From a virus (taxonomy: Duplodnaviria; Caudoviricetes), in the IMG/VR virus record IMGVR_UViG_3300046115_000084, positions 1 to 27,194 of that record: a DNA stretch of 27,194 nt. One strand, given 5' to 3'. A program made the translations under genes and the position numbers. How positions within the stretch are numbered: the first letter of the stretch is position 1; every line of letters starts with the position of its first letter. The notes under the pieces were generated by a model. It made no database searches, was not told the origin of the DNA, and saw only the letters and a program-made list of their open reading frames with translations. Positions 1 through 8,073 of the stretch are shown in pieces.

Positions 1-2
1 CC

Positions 3-388
<386 letters not shown>

Positions 389-392
<4 letters not shown>

Positions 393-916
393 GCCAAGCC
401 GCGCGCATTCTTGAGCCCGACGTCATCGACCGGCGTCGTCCGGACCGGACGGCCGAGCCGGTGGTAGTGAACCCGGAGGCGATGGAGGCTGCGCAGGCGA
501 TCGCCCAGCAGACCTTCATGGCGACACGGGACCTGAGCCAGGCGGTGACGGTGGGCGTGCTGCGCGCGCTGCAGGTGCTCGCGGAGGCTGCGCGCCGCGG
601 GGCCCGCTACGCCACCTCGACGGGCCGGGCGATCGAGGGCGTGCATCCAGGTGATGTGCCGGTGGGGCTCGAGAAGTTCCTCTTCCACTCCGGGATCGAG
701 CTCGAGGGGATCGGCAGCCTCCGCGCCGAGGAGGCCTTCGCGCGCGCTCTCGAGGCGGTGAATGCGGCCCGCGAGCGGCGCGTGCTGCTGCGAGTGAAAG
801 AGCACCGCGGGCCTGATTCGCACGCAGCGGAACTCGCGGCCGAGATCGCGAACGAAGTGGGGCAGCGCATCGCTGCTCGCCGGCAGGGCAAGCCGAGCCC
901 GGAGCGCGAACAGTGA
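389..916 (+). CDS. Hypothetical protein (MSQAARILEPD...)
   Basis: ATG 389 has AAGGAGG SD and ATGA coupling; preferred over track start 350. Confidence 0.75.
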
Positions 917-1077
917 AGGCCCGCGTCCTGACTCGCGCCGAAGTAACTGAGCAGTCGGAGAAGCCCGGCGGCCTGCTCGCCGCCCTCGTCTACGGCCTCC
1001 TGCTCGAGCTCGTGGGCCTGGCGATCTGCACCGGCATCGTCGTGCTGGTGCTCCGCGCATGGAGCGCGCTGCGGTGA
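913..1077 (+). CDS. Small single-TM membrane protein, 54 aa (MKARVLTRAEVTEQSEKPGGLLAALVYGLLLELVGLAICTGIVVLVLRAWSALR)
   Basis: GTGA overlaps at both ends; long hydrophobic stretch; below ORF-track cutoff. Confidence 0.7.
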   Translation: MKARVLTRAEVTEQSEKPGGLLAALVYGLLLELVGLAICTGIVVLVLRAWSALR

Positions 1078-1178
1078 AGGCCGAGACCTTCGACCGCCTG
1101 ATACTCGGCGTAGCCATCCTGCTCTCGGTCGTCCTGTTCGTCACCGTGCTGGTGTTCGGCGAGTTCGGCGGCCGCTGA
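1074..1178 (+). CDS. Small single-TM peptide, 34 aa (MKAETFDRLILGVAILLSVVLFVTVLVFGEFGGR)
   Basis: GTGA start overlap, TGATG end overlap; ~20-residue hydrophobic helix. Confidence 0.65.
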   Translation: MKAETFDRLILGVAILLSVVLFVTVLVFGEFGGR

Positions 1179-1357
1179 TGGGGCGCTACCGCGTGCGCGT
1201 CACCTACGCCGACGGGCGCGAGGCTTTCATCTGCAAGGACGTGAGCGACGAGCCGGCCGAGTACCGCACCCTCGCCGAGGCCACAGACGCCGCCACGTTC
1301 TTCCGCATGGGCTTCGACGAGGGCGAGGTCCAAGCCGTCACGGTGGTGCGGAAGTGA
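1178..1357 (+). CDS. Hypothetical protein, 59 aa (MGRYRVRVTYADGREAFICKD...VTVVRK)
   Basis: Coupled at both ends (TGATG, GTGA); GC3-rich codons. Confidence 0.7.
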   Translation: MGRYRVRVTYADGREAFICKDVSDEPAEYRTLAEATDAATFFRMGFDEGEVQAVTVVRK

Positions 1358-1668
1358 GCCCAGCTCGCCTGCCGCGCGGCCCGAAGCCGGAGATCAAGGT
1401 CGGCGCGGAAGCCTGGGCCTACTGCCGGCACTACTGGCGCCGCGTGCGCGTCCTCGAGCTGCGCGGCCGCGCCGCGTCGCGCGTCGTCGTGGGCTACCGG
1501 CTCAACCTGAGCGGCCGGCTCGTGCGCCAGGAGCTGTCGGCCTGGAACCTGAAGGCCGATCGGCCGAGCGAGAAGTACTGGCGCTTGGTGCTCGCGAACG
1601 TGCCGGCGCCGGCGGTCGAGGATCTCGGCGCTGTCTCGGATCTCGCGGCGCTGCCGGCGCAGGAGTAG
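1354..1668 (+). CDS. Hypothetical protein
   Basis: ORF track; GTGA coupling; codon bias. Confidence 0.7.
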   Translation: MSPARLPRGPKPEIKVGAEAWAYCRHYWRRVRVLELRGRAASRVVVGYRLNLSGRLVRQELSAWNLKADRPSEKYWRLVLANVPAPAVEDLGAVSDLAALPAQE

Positions 1669-1671
1669 CGG

Positions 1672-1998
1672 GTGAGCGCACGCCCCGAGCAAGGCCTGCT
1701 GTTCCTGTCCCGCGTCGAGGCGGAGTTCGAGGACTGGATCCAAACGCCGGCAGGTAGGCAGGTCGAGGCCGAGGTGGTGCGCCGCGCGCGGCTCCTGCAG
1801 GAGCGCGGCTGCTCGCACTACGGCATCGCCGCTCTGGTGGAAGCGATCCGGTATGACGCCAGCGTCAGCGTCGCGGGCGATCGCGGCTTCAAGATCAACA
1901 ACGATCGCCGCTCGCTCCTGGCTCGGCGAGTGATGGAGCGCAATCCCGACCTCCGCGGGTTCTTCTCGACCCGCGAGCTCTTCGGGAGGGCGAGCTGA
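1672..1998 (+). CDS. Conserved phage hypothetical protein (HYGIAALVEAIRYD...FKINNDRRSLLARRVM...GFFSTR)
   Basis: Motif resembles a widespread uncharacterised phage family (recollection); SD CAGGAG upstream. Confidence 0.75.
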   Translation: MSARPEQGLLFLSRVEAEFEDWIQTPAGRQVEAEVVRRARLLQERGCSHYGIAALVEAIRYDASVSVAGDRGFKINNDRRSLLARRVMERNPDLRGFFSTRELFGRAS

Positions 1999-2030
1999 TG
2001 CCCGCCCAGGCGCGCATGAAGGGAGCAGCC

Positions 2031-2258
2031 ATGAGCACCCAGCCACTCGAGCGGTACGTGCGCATCTGCCCTGACCACCGGGTCGAGGTGATGCCGCGCG
2101 GCGAGACGTTCGTCTGCCCGCGTGATCGCCGCGAGGTGGATCGGTGGCTGGTGGTGGACCGGCAGACGCGGAGGGTGATCCAGGAGGGCTACGCCTCGAC
2201 GAAGGGCGAGAAGAAGCCCGCCGCGGCCGGCCGCGCCAAGACGGCGAAGAAGCGGTAG
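2031..2258 (+). CDS. Small basic protein with CPDH...CP putative zinc site
   Basis: ATG 2031 preceded by AAGGGAG; alternative start 1998. Confidence 0.65.
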   Translation: MSTQPLERYVRICPDHRVEVMPRGETFVCPRDRREVDRWLVVDRQTRRVIQEGYASTKGEKKPAAAGRAKTAKKR

Positions 2259-2267
2259 GGCCAGGGC

Positions 2268-2474
2268 GTGGAAGAGCCGAACGCTCCCGAGCCCACGGTT
2301 CCGCGGTTCTGCCCGCGTGGGCACCGGATCGTCTTCAGCACCGGCAGGTGCTCGACGATCGTCGAGCTCGGCGGCCGCTACCGCTACTTCGACGGCGACT
2401 GCGACAAGGTCGTGAAGCTCATCGCCATCGCCGAGTCGCTCTGCCACGCCAAGGCCTCACCGGTGTTCCCGTGA
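2268..2474 (+). CDS. Small zinc-ribbon-like protein (CPRGH...C...CDK...C)
   Basis: ORF track; GTGA coupling to next gene. Confidence 0.6.
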   Translation: MEEPNAPEPTVPRFCPRGHRIVFSTGRCSTIVELGGRYRYFDGDCDKVVKLIAIAESLCHAKASPVFP

Positions 2475-3454
2475 CCGCAACCTCGATTCAGTGGACCGAC
2501 GCCACCTGGAACCCCGTGCGCGGCTGCTCGCGCGTCTCTGAGGGCTGCCGAAACTGCTACGCCGAGCGCCAGGCCGTGCGCTTTCCATGGGGCAAGCCCT
2601 ACGCGCGCTCGACTGCGGCTAGCCCTCGCTGGACGGGGGTCGTGAAGCTGGTGCCGTCGAAGCTCGACGACCCGCTCCACTGGCGCAAACCGCGCCGCGT
2701 CTTCGTCAACAGCATGTCCGACCTGTTTCACGAGGCGCTCACGAACGCCCACATCAACGAAGTCTTCGCGGCGATGGCGCGGGCACCGCAGCACACCTTC
2801 CAGGTCCTCACGAAGCGACCGGGGCGGATGCTCGACTACTTCCGCTGGGCGCGCGTCGCGAACGCAGCCTGCGCCCTGTGGCCGCTGCCGCACGTCTGGC
2901 TCGGCGTGAGCGTCGAGGACCAGGCGACGGCCGACGAGCGCATCCCTCTGCTGCTCCAGACGCCCGCGGCCAAGCGTTTCGTCAGCTACGAACCCGCCAT
3001 TGGCCCGGTGGACTTCGCGCGCGTCTGCCCTTCGGTCGTCGCGCATGGCGACGTGACGAACCCGGAGCGTCGGGCCGCGCTGCAGGAGCTCGCGCGTGCC
3101 GCTTATAAGCACGTCGGTTGGCAGACTCTCGACTGGGTGATTGTCGGCGGTGAGAGCGGGCCCGGCGCGCGGCCATTCGACGTCGAGTGGGCGCGCTCCA
3201 CGATCCGGCAGTGCAACGCCGCCGGCGTCGCGTCCTTCATGAAACAGATGGGCGCGAACGTGCGCGACCGGAACGACGCCGGGTTCGAGGGCGACACGGA
3301 GAGCTCCTGGCCGATGGACACCCACCACGAGGATGTCGACGGTGACGTCATCCGCTTCCAGGGTGATCGCGTACGGGTGCGGCTCAAAGACCCCAAGGGT
3401 GGCGACCCGGCCGAGTGGCCTGACGACCTCCGCGTCCGGGAGTTTCCCGCGTGA
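2471..3454 (+). CDS. Phage Gp37/Gp68 (DUF5131) family protein, radical-SAM-related
   Basis: IQWTDATWNPVRGCSRVSEGCRNCYA, VFVNSMSDLFH, HTFQVLTKR, VWLGVSVEDQ, LDWVIVGGESG, FMKQMG; true start GTG 2471 rather than 2144. Confidence 0.95.
   Translation: MTATSIQWTDATWNPVRGCSRVSEGCRNCYAERQAVRFPWGKPYARSTAASPRWTGVVKLVPSKLDDPLHWRKPRRVFVNSMSDLFHEALTNAHINEVFAAMARAPQHTFQVLTKRPGRMLDYFRWARVANAACALWPLPHVWLGVSVEDQATADERIPLLLQTPAAKRFVSYEPAIGPVDFARVCPSVVAHGDVTNPERRAALQELARAAYKHVGWQTLDWVIVGGESGPGARPFDVEWARSTIRQCNAAGVASFMKQMGANVRDRNDAGFEGDTESSWPMDTHHEDVDGDVIRFQGDRVRVRLKDPKGGDPAEWPDDLRVREFPA
3120..3149 (+). repeat. Copy 1 of exact 30-bp direct repeat GGCAGACTCTCGACTGGGTGATTGTCGGCG
   Basis: Identical to 6854-6883. 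Confidence 0.95.
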
Positions 3455-4191
3455 CCGAGCGGCCGATCCTGTTCTCGGCACCGATGGTGCGCGCGATCCT
3501 CTTGGGCAAGAAGACACAGACCAGGCGCGTCGTCGACCTGTCGGGCAGGCGCGTCTCCCACCGATGCGCGACAGACTGCAGCGGAGTGCTGCCAGAGGCC
3601 GTCTTCCCGGACCGAGGCTTCAGTGCCAGCGGGTGGGAGTACCTACACCTTCCCTGCAAGGACGGCGCAGCGCAGCGCGTGCGCTGTCCACAGGGCCCGC
3701 CAGGCGAGTGCCTCTGGGTCCGCGAGACGTTCCAGCTCGAATCGAACTTCAACATCGATGGCCCCGAGGTGTATCCGCCGCCCTTCTCTGACGGTCGCCC
3801 GATCAAGTGGGAGGACACAGGAGACCTGGCCGGGCGTGTGTGGTGGCAGCCCCACTATCGAGCCACCGATCCCGATCCCGAGCTGTCGTGCGAGCGAGAC
3901 GACTGCTCGAATGACGGCCCGCACGGCCATTGGTCCCCGTCGATCTATATGCCGCGCTGGGCCTCGCGTATCACGCTCGAGGTGACGGCGGTCCGCGTCC
4001 AGCGGCTTCAGGAGATCACCGAGGACGACGCGCGCGCTGAGGGAGTGCCCGTGCGGAGCTACGAGGACGGGCGGGGCGTCGAGACGTCGCGCGAAGGCTT
4101 CCGGGCGTTCTGGGACTCGATCAACGGGAAGCGCGCGCCCTGGTCCAGCAATCCCTGGGTCTGGGCCATCTCCTTCCGAAGGGTGATCTGA
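3451..4191 (+). CDS. ASCH/PUA-like phage protein
   Basis: N-term ERPILFSAPMVRAILLGKKTQTRR, LWVRETF, WSPSIYMPRWASRITLEVTAVRVQRLQEITEDDARAEG, NPWVWAISF. Confidence 0.9.
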   Translation: MTERPILFSAPMVRAILLGKKTQTRRVVDLSGRRVSHRCATDCSGVLPEAVFPDRGFSASGWEYLHLPCKDGAAQRVRCPQGPPGECLWVRETFQLESNFNIDGPEVYPPPFSDGRPIKWEDTGDLAGRVWWQPHYRATDPDPELSCERDDCSNDGPHGHWSPSIYMPRWASRITLEVTAVRVQRLQEITEDDARAEGVPVRSYEDGRGVETSREGFRAFWDSINGKRAPWSSNPWVWAISFRRVI

Positions 4192-4422
4192 ATGGCATTC
4201 GAGGAGTACTTCGACACGCAGATCCTGGGCCTCGAGCTCGAGGCGCTCGCCACGCGCCGCGAGGCCTACGACGACGACGCGCCGCGCCAGGTCCAGCCGG
4301 CTCGTCAGCGGCATTTCCACCGGTACATCGCGAGGTCGCCAAAGCAGCCGCGGCTTCGCTTCGCCGGCGTGGCGTGCGCGTGCCTGACGGCCGAGGAGCA
4401 CCTCTCCGGGTGCGGAGGGTAA
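4192..4422 (+). CDS. Hypothetical protein
   Basis: ATG directly after previous stop; GC3-rich codons. Confidence 0.65.
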   Translation: MAFEEYFDTQILGLELEALATRREAYDDDAPRQVQPARQRHFHRYIARSPKQPRLRFAGVACACLTAEEHLSGCGG

Positions 4423-4437
4423 GGCGGTGGCACGAGC

Positions 4438-5016
4438 GTGAACGGTTTCACCAAGCTCGACGCTGGGATCTTGCAGTCGAGCGTGATGGCGGCTCCGCCC
4501 GTCACGTTCAAGGTCTGGATCGCTCTCCTGGCAGCCTGCCGGTCGGATGGCGTTGCCCGCGTGTCGCCCACATACCTAGGGGCGGTGTGCCGGCTGTCGC
4601 TTTCTGACGTTGGGCGGGCGCTCGAGGAGCTGGCGTCCCCGGACCCTCACAGTCGTACCCTGATGGAGGAGGGCCGGCGCATCACCCGCGTCGACGGGGG
4701 CTTCCGGCTCATCAACTACAGGAAATACCGCGAGCAGGGCATCCGAGAGGCCGAGACGGCCGGTCGGGTAGAGCGTCGTCGTCGGAAAGGCGAACCGGAA
4801 CGACTGTCCGGACAAGGTCCGGACAGTTCTGCTTCTGCTTCTTCTTCTGCATCTGCTGGGGAGAGGGGTGCGGGGGGAGGGGTGTCGTTCTACCGCCCAT
4901 CGCGGATCGATCGCCGGCGCCGGCTCTGCGAGGAGCACCCGCGACAGGCGGGGGAGTCGCTCGAGGACCACCGTGCGCGGATAGACCGCCTGCTCGAGGC
5001 GGGAGTCGAACGGTGA
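4438..5016 (+). CDS. Phage replication initiator / replisome-organiser-like wHTH protein
   Basis: FTKLDAGILQSSV...FKVWIALLAAC..DG...LASPDPHSRT..EGRRI.RVDGGFRLINY.KYR N-terminal pattern; internal palindrome and SA-repeat linker. Confidence 0.75.
   Translation: MNGFTKLDAGILQSSVMAAPPVTFKVWIALLAACRSDGVARVSPTYLGAVCRLSLSDVGRALEELASPDPHSRTLMEEGRRITRVDGGFRLINYRKYREQGIREAETAGRVERRRRKGEPERLSGQGPDSSASASSSASAGERGAGGGVSFYRPSRIDRRRRLCEEHPRQAGESLEDHRARIDRLLEAGVER
4803..4857. promoter_or_regulatory. Candidate replication origin inside the initiator gene
   Basis: Perfect 11-bp inverted repeat ACTGTCCGGAC-AAG-GTCCGGACAGT (4803-4827) followed by pyrimidine-skewed TCTGCT/TCT tract (4828-4857). Confidence 0.5.
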
Positions 5017-5186
5017 GCGGCGACCTGGCGCGCTACTACGAGGCCCTGGTGGCCTCGCCGCGCCAAGAGGGCGAGGACATCATCGCCTGGCTCGAGCGCG
5101 TCTGCGCGGCCGCGATCCCACAGTCAGATCGCCAGCTGCCGCCCGGCGACCGCGATGCCGCCAGGGACCCAGGCCAGGAGGGTTGA
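5013..5186 (+). CDS. Hypothetical protein, 57 aa (MSGDLARYYEALVASPRQEGEDIIAWLERVC...)
   Basis: GTGA coupling, GGGAG upstream; below ORF-track cutoff. Confidence 0.65.
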   Translation: MSGDLARYYEALVASPRQEGEDIIAWLERVCAAAIPQSDRQLPPGDRDAARDPGQEG

Positions 5187-5386
5187 CGGTGACGACGCGG
5201 CTCGCTACGCCCGCGGAAGCCTTCCGCATGATCATCCACGAGGCCTGGTGCCCGAAGCACAGCAGCGCCGCTGACGTGGCGCGGGACGCCCTCTTCGGCC
5301 AGCTCCTGATCGACGTGCGTGAGGACCCGGACGAGAGCCCCTCGTGGCTGGGGGCGCACCACTGCGCGCAGTGCCAGGGAAACTGA
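5183..5386 (+). CDS. Small Cys/His protein (HEAWCPKH...HHCAQC)
   Basis: ORF track; AGGAGG upstream; start may be GTG 5189. Confidence 0.65.
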   Translation: MTVTTRLATPAEAFRMIIHEAWCPKHSSAADVARDALFGQLLIDVREDPDESPSWLGAHHCAQCQGN

Positions 5387-5781
5387 TGGCTCGTGAGCTG
5401 TCGCCGGGAGAGCTGTGGGCCAAGGAAGCGGCCAAGGCCCGCCGCGAGTCGCTCGAGGCGCGGCTCGCGCAGCAGATCCACGCGATGAAGCTGCCGCACC
5501 CTAAGCGCCAGCACCGCTTCCACCCGGAGCGGAAATGGTCCGCCGACTTCGCCTGGCCAGAATTCATGGTGCTGGCCGAGGTGGAGGGCATCACGCACGA
5601 CGGCGGCCGCCACCAGCGGATCGCCGGATTCGAGAGGGACGCCGAGAAGTACGCGGCCGCCCAGGCGCTCGGGTGGACGGTGCTGCGCATCTCGCCCGGC
5701 ATGGTCCGCAACGGCCGCGGCGTCCGCCTGATCGACGACGTGCTGCGCAAGGTCTCGAAGGCAAAGGGATGGCTGCCATGA
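5386..5781 (+). CDS. DUF559/Vsr-like PD-(D/E)xK endonuclease-family protein
   Basis: HRFHPERKWSADFAWPEFMVLAEVEG...GGRH...FERDAEKY.AAQALGWTVLR; TGATG-coupled ATG 5386. Confidence 0.85.
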   Translation: MARELSPGELWAKEAAKARRESLEARLAQQIHAMKLPHPKRQHRFHPERKWSADFAWPEFMVLAEVEGITHDGGRHQRIAGFERDAEKYAAAQALGWTVLRISPGMVRNGRGVRLIDDVLRKVSKAKGWLP

Positions 5782-5996
5782 GCCTCACCGGCCTCGGGCT
5801 TCTGCTCCGCGACATGGACCTGGCTGAGGATCTCGAGGCCTGCATCGAGCTCGTGCTCCGGAAGCAGCCGAGCGGGCTGTCGCTCAAGCTCACCCATGTC
5901 CAGGGTGGGCTGCGGCTCCGGATCCAGGGGATGGAGGGCCTGAGCCCCCGAGAGATAGTGCGTGTTGACAGATCGGGTACTATAGGCGGGACGTAA
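5778..5996 (+). CDS. Hypothetical protein (MSLTGLGLLLRDMD...)
   Basis: ATGA-coupled start 5778 within track ORF 5535..5996. Confidence 0.55.
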   Translation: MSLTGLGLLLRDMDLAEDLEACIELVLRKQPSGLSLKLTHVQGGLRLRIQGMEGLSPREIVRVDRSGTIGGT

Positions 5997-6010
5997 GACG
6001 TAGAACCGCA

Positions 6011-6113
6011 CGCCCTTCCAGCCCGGGGTCGGACAACCCGGGGGGCGCCCCGCCAAGCGATTGATAAGCCCGGGGACCTGATGAGCCGCCACCTGGCGGG
6101 AGGGTCCTAGGGC
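6011..6113 (+). promoter_or_regulatory. Structured leader of the late/lysis operon: two GC-rich hairpins, the second sequestering the endolysin SD
   Basis: Hairpin 1 6011-6047 (CGCCC/GGGCG, CCCGGG/CCCGGG); hairpin 2 6068-6113 (GCCC/GGGC, GGACC/GGTCC, CCGCC/GGCGG) covering GGGAGG 6098-6103. Confidence 0.5.
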
Positions 6114-6115
6114 CT

Positions 6116-6598
6116 GTGTCCGACATCGCGCTCGCGCTGCTGAAGTTCTTCGAAGGCTTCCGCGCGAAGCCCTACCTCGACGTCGCCGGCCACGGCACCG
6201 TGGGCTACGGGCACCTGATCCTGCCGAACGAGCGGGACCACTACGTCGGCCGCGAGCTCACGAAGCGCGACGCCGAGATCCTGCTGCTGAACGACTGGGC
6301 GAAGCACGCGAGCGAGGTCGCCACGATGACGTCCGGCCTCGGGCTGCTCGAGCACGAGCGCGAGGCCCTGACGTCCTTCGCTTTCAACCTCGGGCCCAAG
6401 CGCCTCCAGGAGTCGACGCTCTTCGTGCACGTGAAGCGGGGCGAGCGGCAGCAAGCGGCGGCCGAGTTCCTGCTGTGGCGTCGCGCCGGCGGCACGGTTC
6501 AGCCCGGCCTGGCAGTGCGCCGCCACGTCGAGAGCGTCTGGTACCTCGGCGCGGCGCCCGGGACGCTGCTGTGGATGCTCGACGGGGCGGCGGCGTGA
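6116..6598 (+). CDS. Endolysin, GH24 phage lysozyme (muramidase)
   Basis: Catalytic E-x8-D-x5-T (EGFRAKPYLDVAGHGT), GYGH, ALTSFAFNLG, STL, AAEFLLW, PGLAVRR. Confidence 0.95.
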   Translation: MSDIALALLKFFEGFRAKPYLDVAGHGTVGYGHLILPNERDHYVGRELTKRDAEILLLNDWAKHASEVATMTSGLGLLEHEREALTSFAFNLGPKRLQESTLFVHVKRGERQQAAAEFLLWRRAGGTVQPGLAVRRHVESVWYLGAAPGTLLWMLDGAAA

Positions 6599-6599
6599 G

Positions 6600-6815
6600 G
6601 TGGGAGCGCGCAGCTACGGGGCCCCGCGGTACGGCCGCGGCTGGCGCTTCGCTCTCTTCGACGAGGCGGGCGTGATGGTCTACCGCAGCGGCGAGGTCTA
6701 CCAGAGCGCGGAAGCAGCCGAGGCGGCCGGCGTCCACATGGTCGGTGATGGCGAGACCGTGATGGCCGTCCGCAACATCCCCGAGCTCGGGGGCTACCGG
6801 CACGGCACTCGATGA
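6600..6815 (+). CDS. Hypothetical protein
   Basis: ORF track; fills the gap after the endolysin. Confidence 0.6.
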   Translation: MGARSYGAPRYGRGWRFALFDEAGVMVYRSGEVYQSAEAAEAAGVHMVGDGETVMAVRNIPELGGYRHGTR

Positions 6816-6831
6816 TCCGGAGGTATTGCTG

Positions 6832-8073
6832 ATGAAGCCTCGCCTTTTCGGCCGGCAGACTCTCGACTGGGTGATTGTCGGCGTCGCCCTGGCCACTGTG
6901 GCCGTCGTGCTGTTCCTGCTGGCGGCGAGTTGCGCGGTCGCGCGGTTCCCCCAGCCCCCGCCGTCGGGTCCCGCCGCGCCGCCCGCGCAGGCCGACCCGC
7001 AGCCGCAGTGCGGGCCTGGCCAGTCGCATTCTTGCTGGAATATGCCACCAGGCTACCCCTGGCTCTTCGCCTGCGCGATCTACGACGCGGCTGGAAACGT
7101 GGTCGTGGTAGAGAACCGCGTCGGCCCGGAGCAGTGCCCTCGCCCGATCTCCCCGCCAGCGCCCGCGCCAACCGAGACGGACTGCGACGGGCCCGTGGGC
7201 GCGCAGCTCGGCGTGCAGACCAGCCTGGGCGACGCCGTAAACGCCGCGATCCTGCGCGCGTATGGCTGCGACGGTGGCCGCTGCGTCGTGAACGAGACCC
7301 GCTTCAAGGTGCAGCGCACGATCATCAACGAGCTGCGCAAGGCGGGCCTCTGCGCGGGCCAGCACAACCCGGGCGTCTCCGACGCCGAGTACGGCACCGA
7401 CGAGATCGCCGTCTCGACGTCGCGATCGGCCGCACGCGAGAGCTACCACGTGGCAGTCGGCCTGAAGGAAGGCCCGGTCACGCTGCTGCTATCGCCTCAG
7501 GGCGCGAGAGAGGCCTACCTCCCGGTCGCCGCCCCGCCTCCGGCCGGCCCGACGCCCGCGCCTCCGGCACCACCGGCGCCGCCAACGCCGACGCCGGCCC
7601 CGCCTGCGCCCCCGCCTGCGCCCCCGGCCGGAGGCTGCAACGCCCCGCCCTGCCCGCGCATCGTCTGGACGCCCGAGACGCTGCCTCCCGGATGGGACTC
7701 GAACCTGATCGGCAAGCCGGCGTGGCACTTCAACTCCGCCGACTACCCGAAGGGCATCGGGTGGGCGCGCGACTTCACTCCGATCCAGGAGCGCAACCCT
7801 GACTTCTGCGTCGCAGTCGGCTTCGACAACCCGCCGCGCCTCGATTGCCCGCTCGGCAAGGACGGCGACCCCAAGCGTCCGGATCGCGAGCGGTACCTCC
7901 TCGGCGGCGGCTTCGTGCGTGAGGGGAAGGACGGGGCCGACTGCCGGCCGCTCAACGAGACGCGCGACGGGATCTCGGCGCCATCGATGATCGCGAACGG
8001 CACGGGGCGGTGTCGGATGTGCTCGGCGCATCCAGTGGGCGATCCGCTGCGCGTCTGCTCCGAGTACTTCTGA
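6832..8073 (+). CDS. Exported/membrane-anchored Cys- and Pro-rich protein, possible lipoprotein
   Basis: GGAGG SD before ATG 6832 (TTG 6826 alternative); hydrophobic N-term ending LLAAS-C; 17 Cys; Pro/Ala linkers. Confidence 0.8.
   Translation: MKPRLFGRQTLDWVIVGVALATVAVVLFLLAASCAVARFPQPPPSGPAAPPAQADPQPQCGPGQSHSCWNMPPGYPWLFACAIYDAAGNVVVVENRVGPEQCPRPISPPAPAPTETDCDGPVGAQLGVQTSLGDAVNAAILRAYGCDGGRCVVNETRFKVQRTIINELRKAGLCAGQHNPGVSDAEYGTDEIAVSTSRSAARESYHVAVGLKEGPVTLLLSPQGAREAYLPVAAPPPAGPTPAPPAPPAPPTPTPAPPAPPPAPPAGGCNAPPCPRIVWTPETLPPGWDSNLIGKPAWHFNSADYPKGIGWARDFTPIQERNPDFCVAVGFDNPPRLDCPLGKDGDPKRPDRERYLLGGGFVREGKDGADCRPLNETRDGISAPSMIANGTGRCRMCSAHPVGDPLRVCSEYF
6854..6883 (+). repeat. Copy 2 of exact 30-bp direct repeat
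   Basis: Identical to 3120-3149; both read QTLDWVIVG in frame. Confidence 0.95.

Noticed and set aside
5965-6006. Sigma70 promoter from perfect TTGACA at 5965-5970
   Set aside because: Candidate -10 boxes (TACTAT, TATAGG, TAAGAC) lie at spacers of 7, 10 and 23 nt, not 16-18; a late promoter here is plausible but unsupported
6078-6105. Hammerhead ribozyme (CTGATGAG followed by a stem-loop)
   Set aside because: The required CGAAA after stem II is absent (GGAG instead) and no stems I/III with a cleavage triplet were found
3120-6883. 30-bp repeats as attL/attR of an inserted element
   Set aside because: No integrase or transposase between them; enclosed genes are core phage genes and both host genes are intact (kept as a finding under other interpretations)
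7530-7630. GC-rich short repeats (also CCAGAC repeats near 16210)
   Set aside because: Simply encode Pro/Ala and Pro-Asp low-complexity linkers
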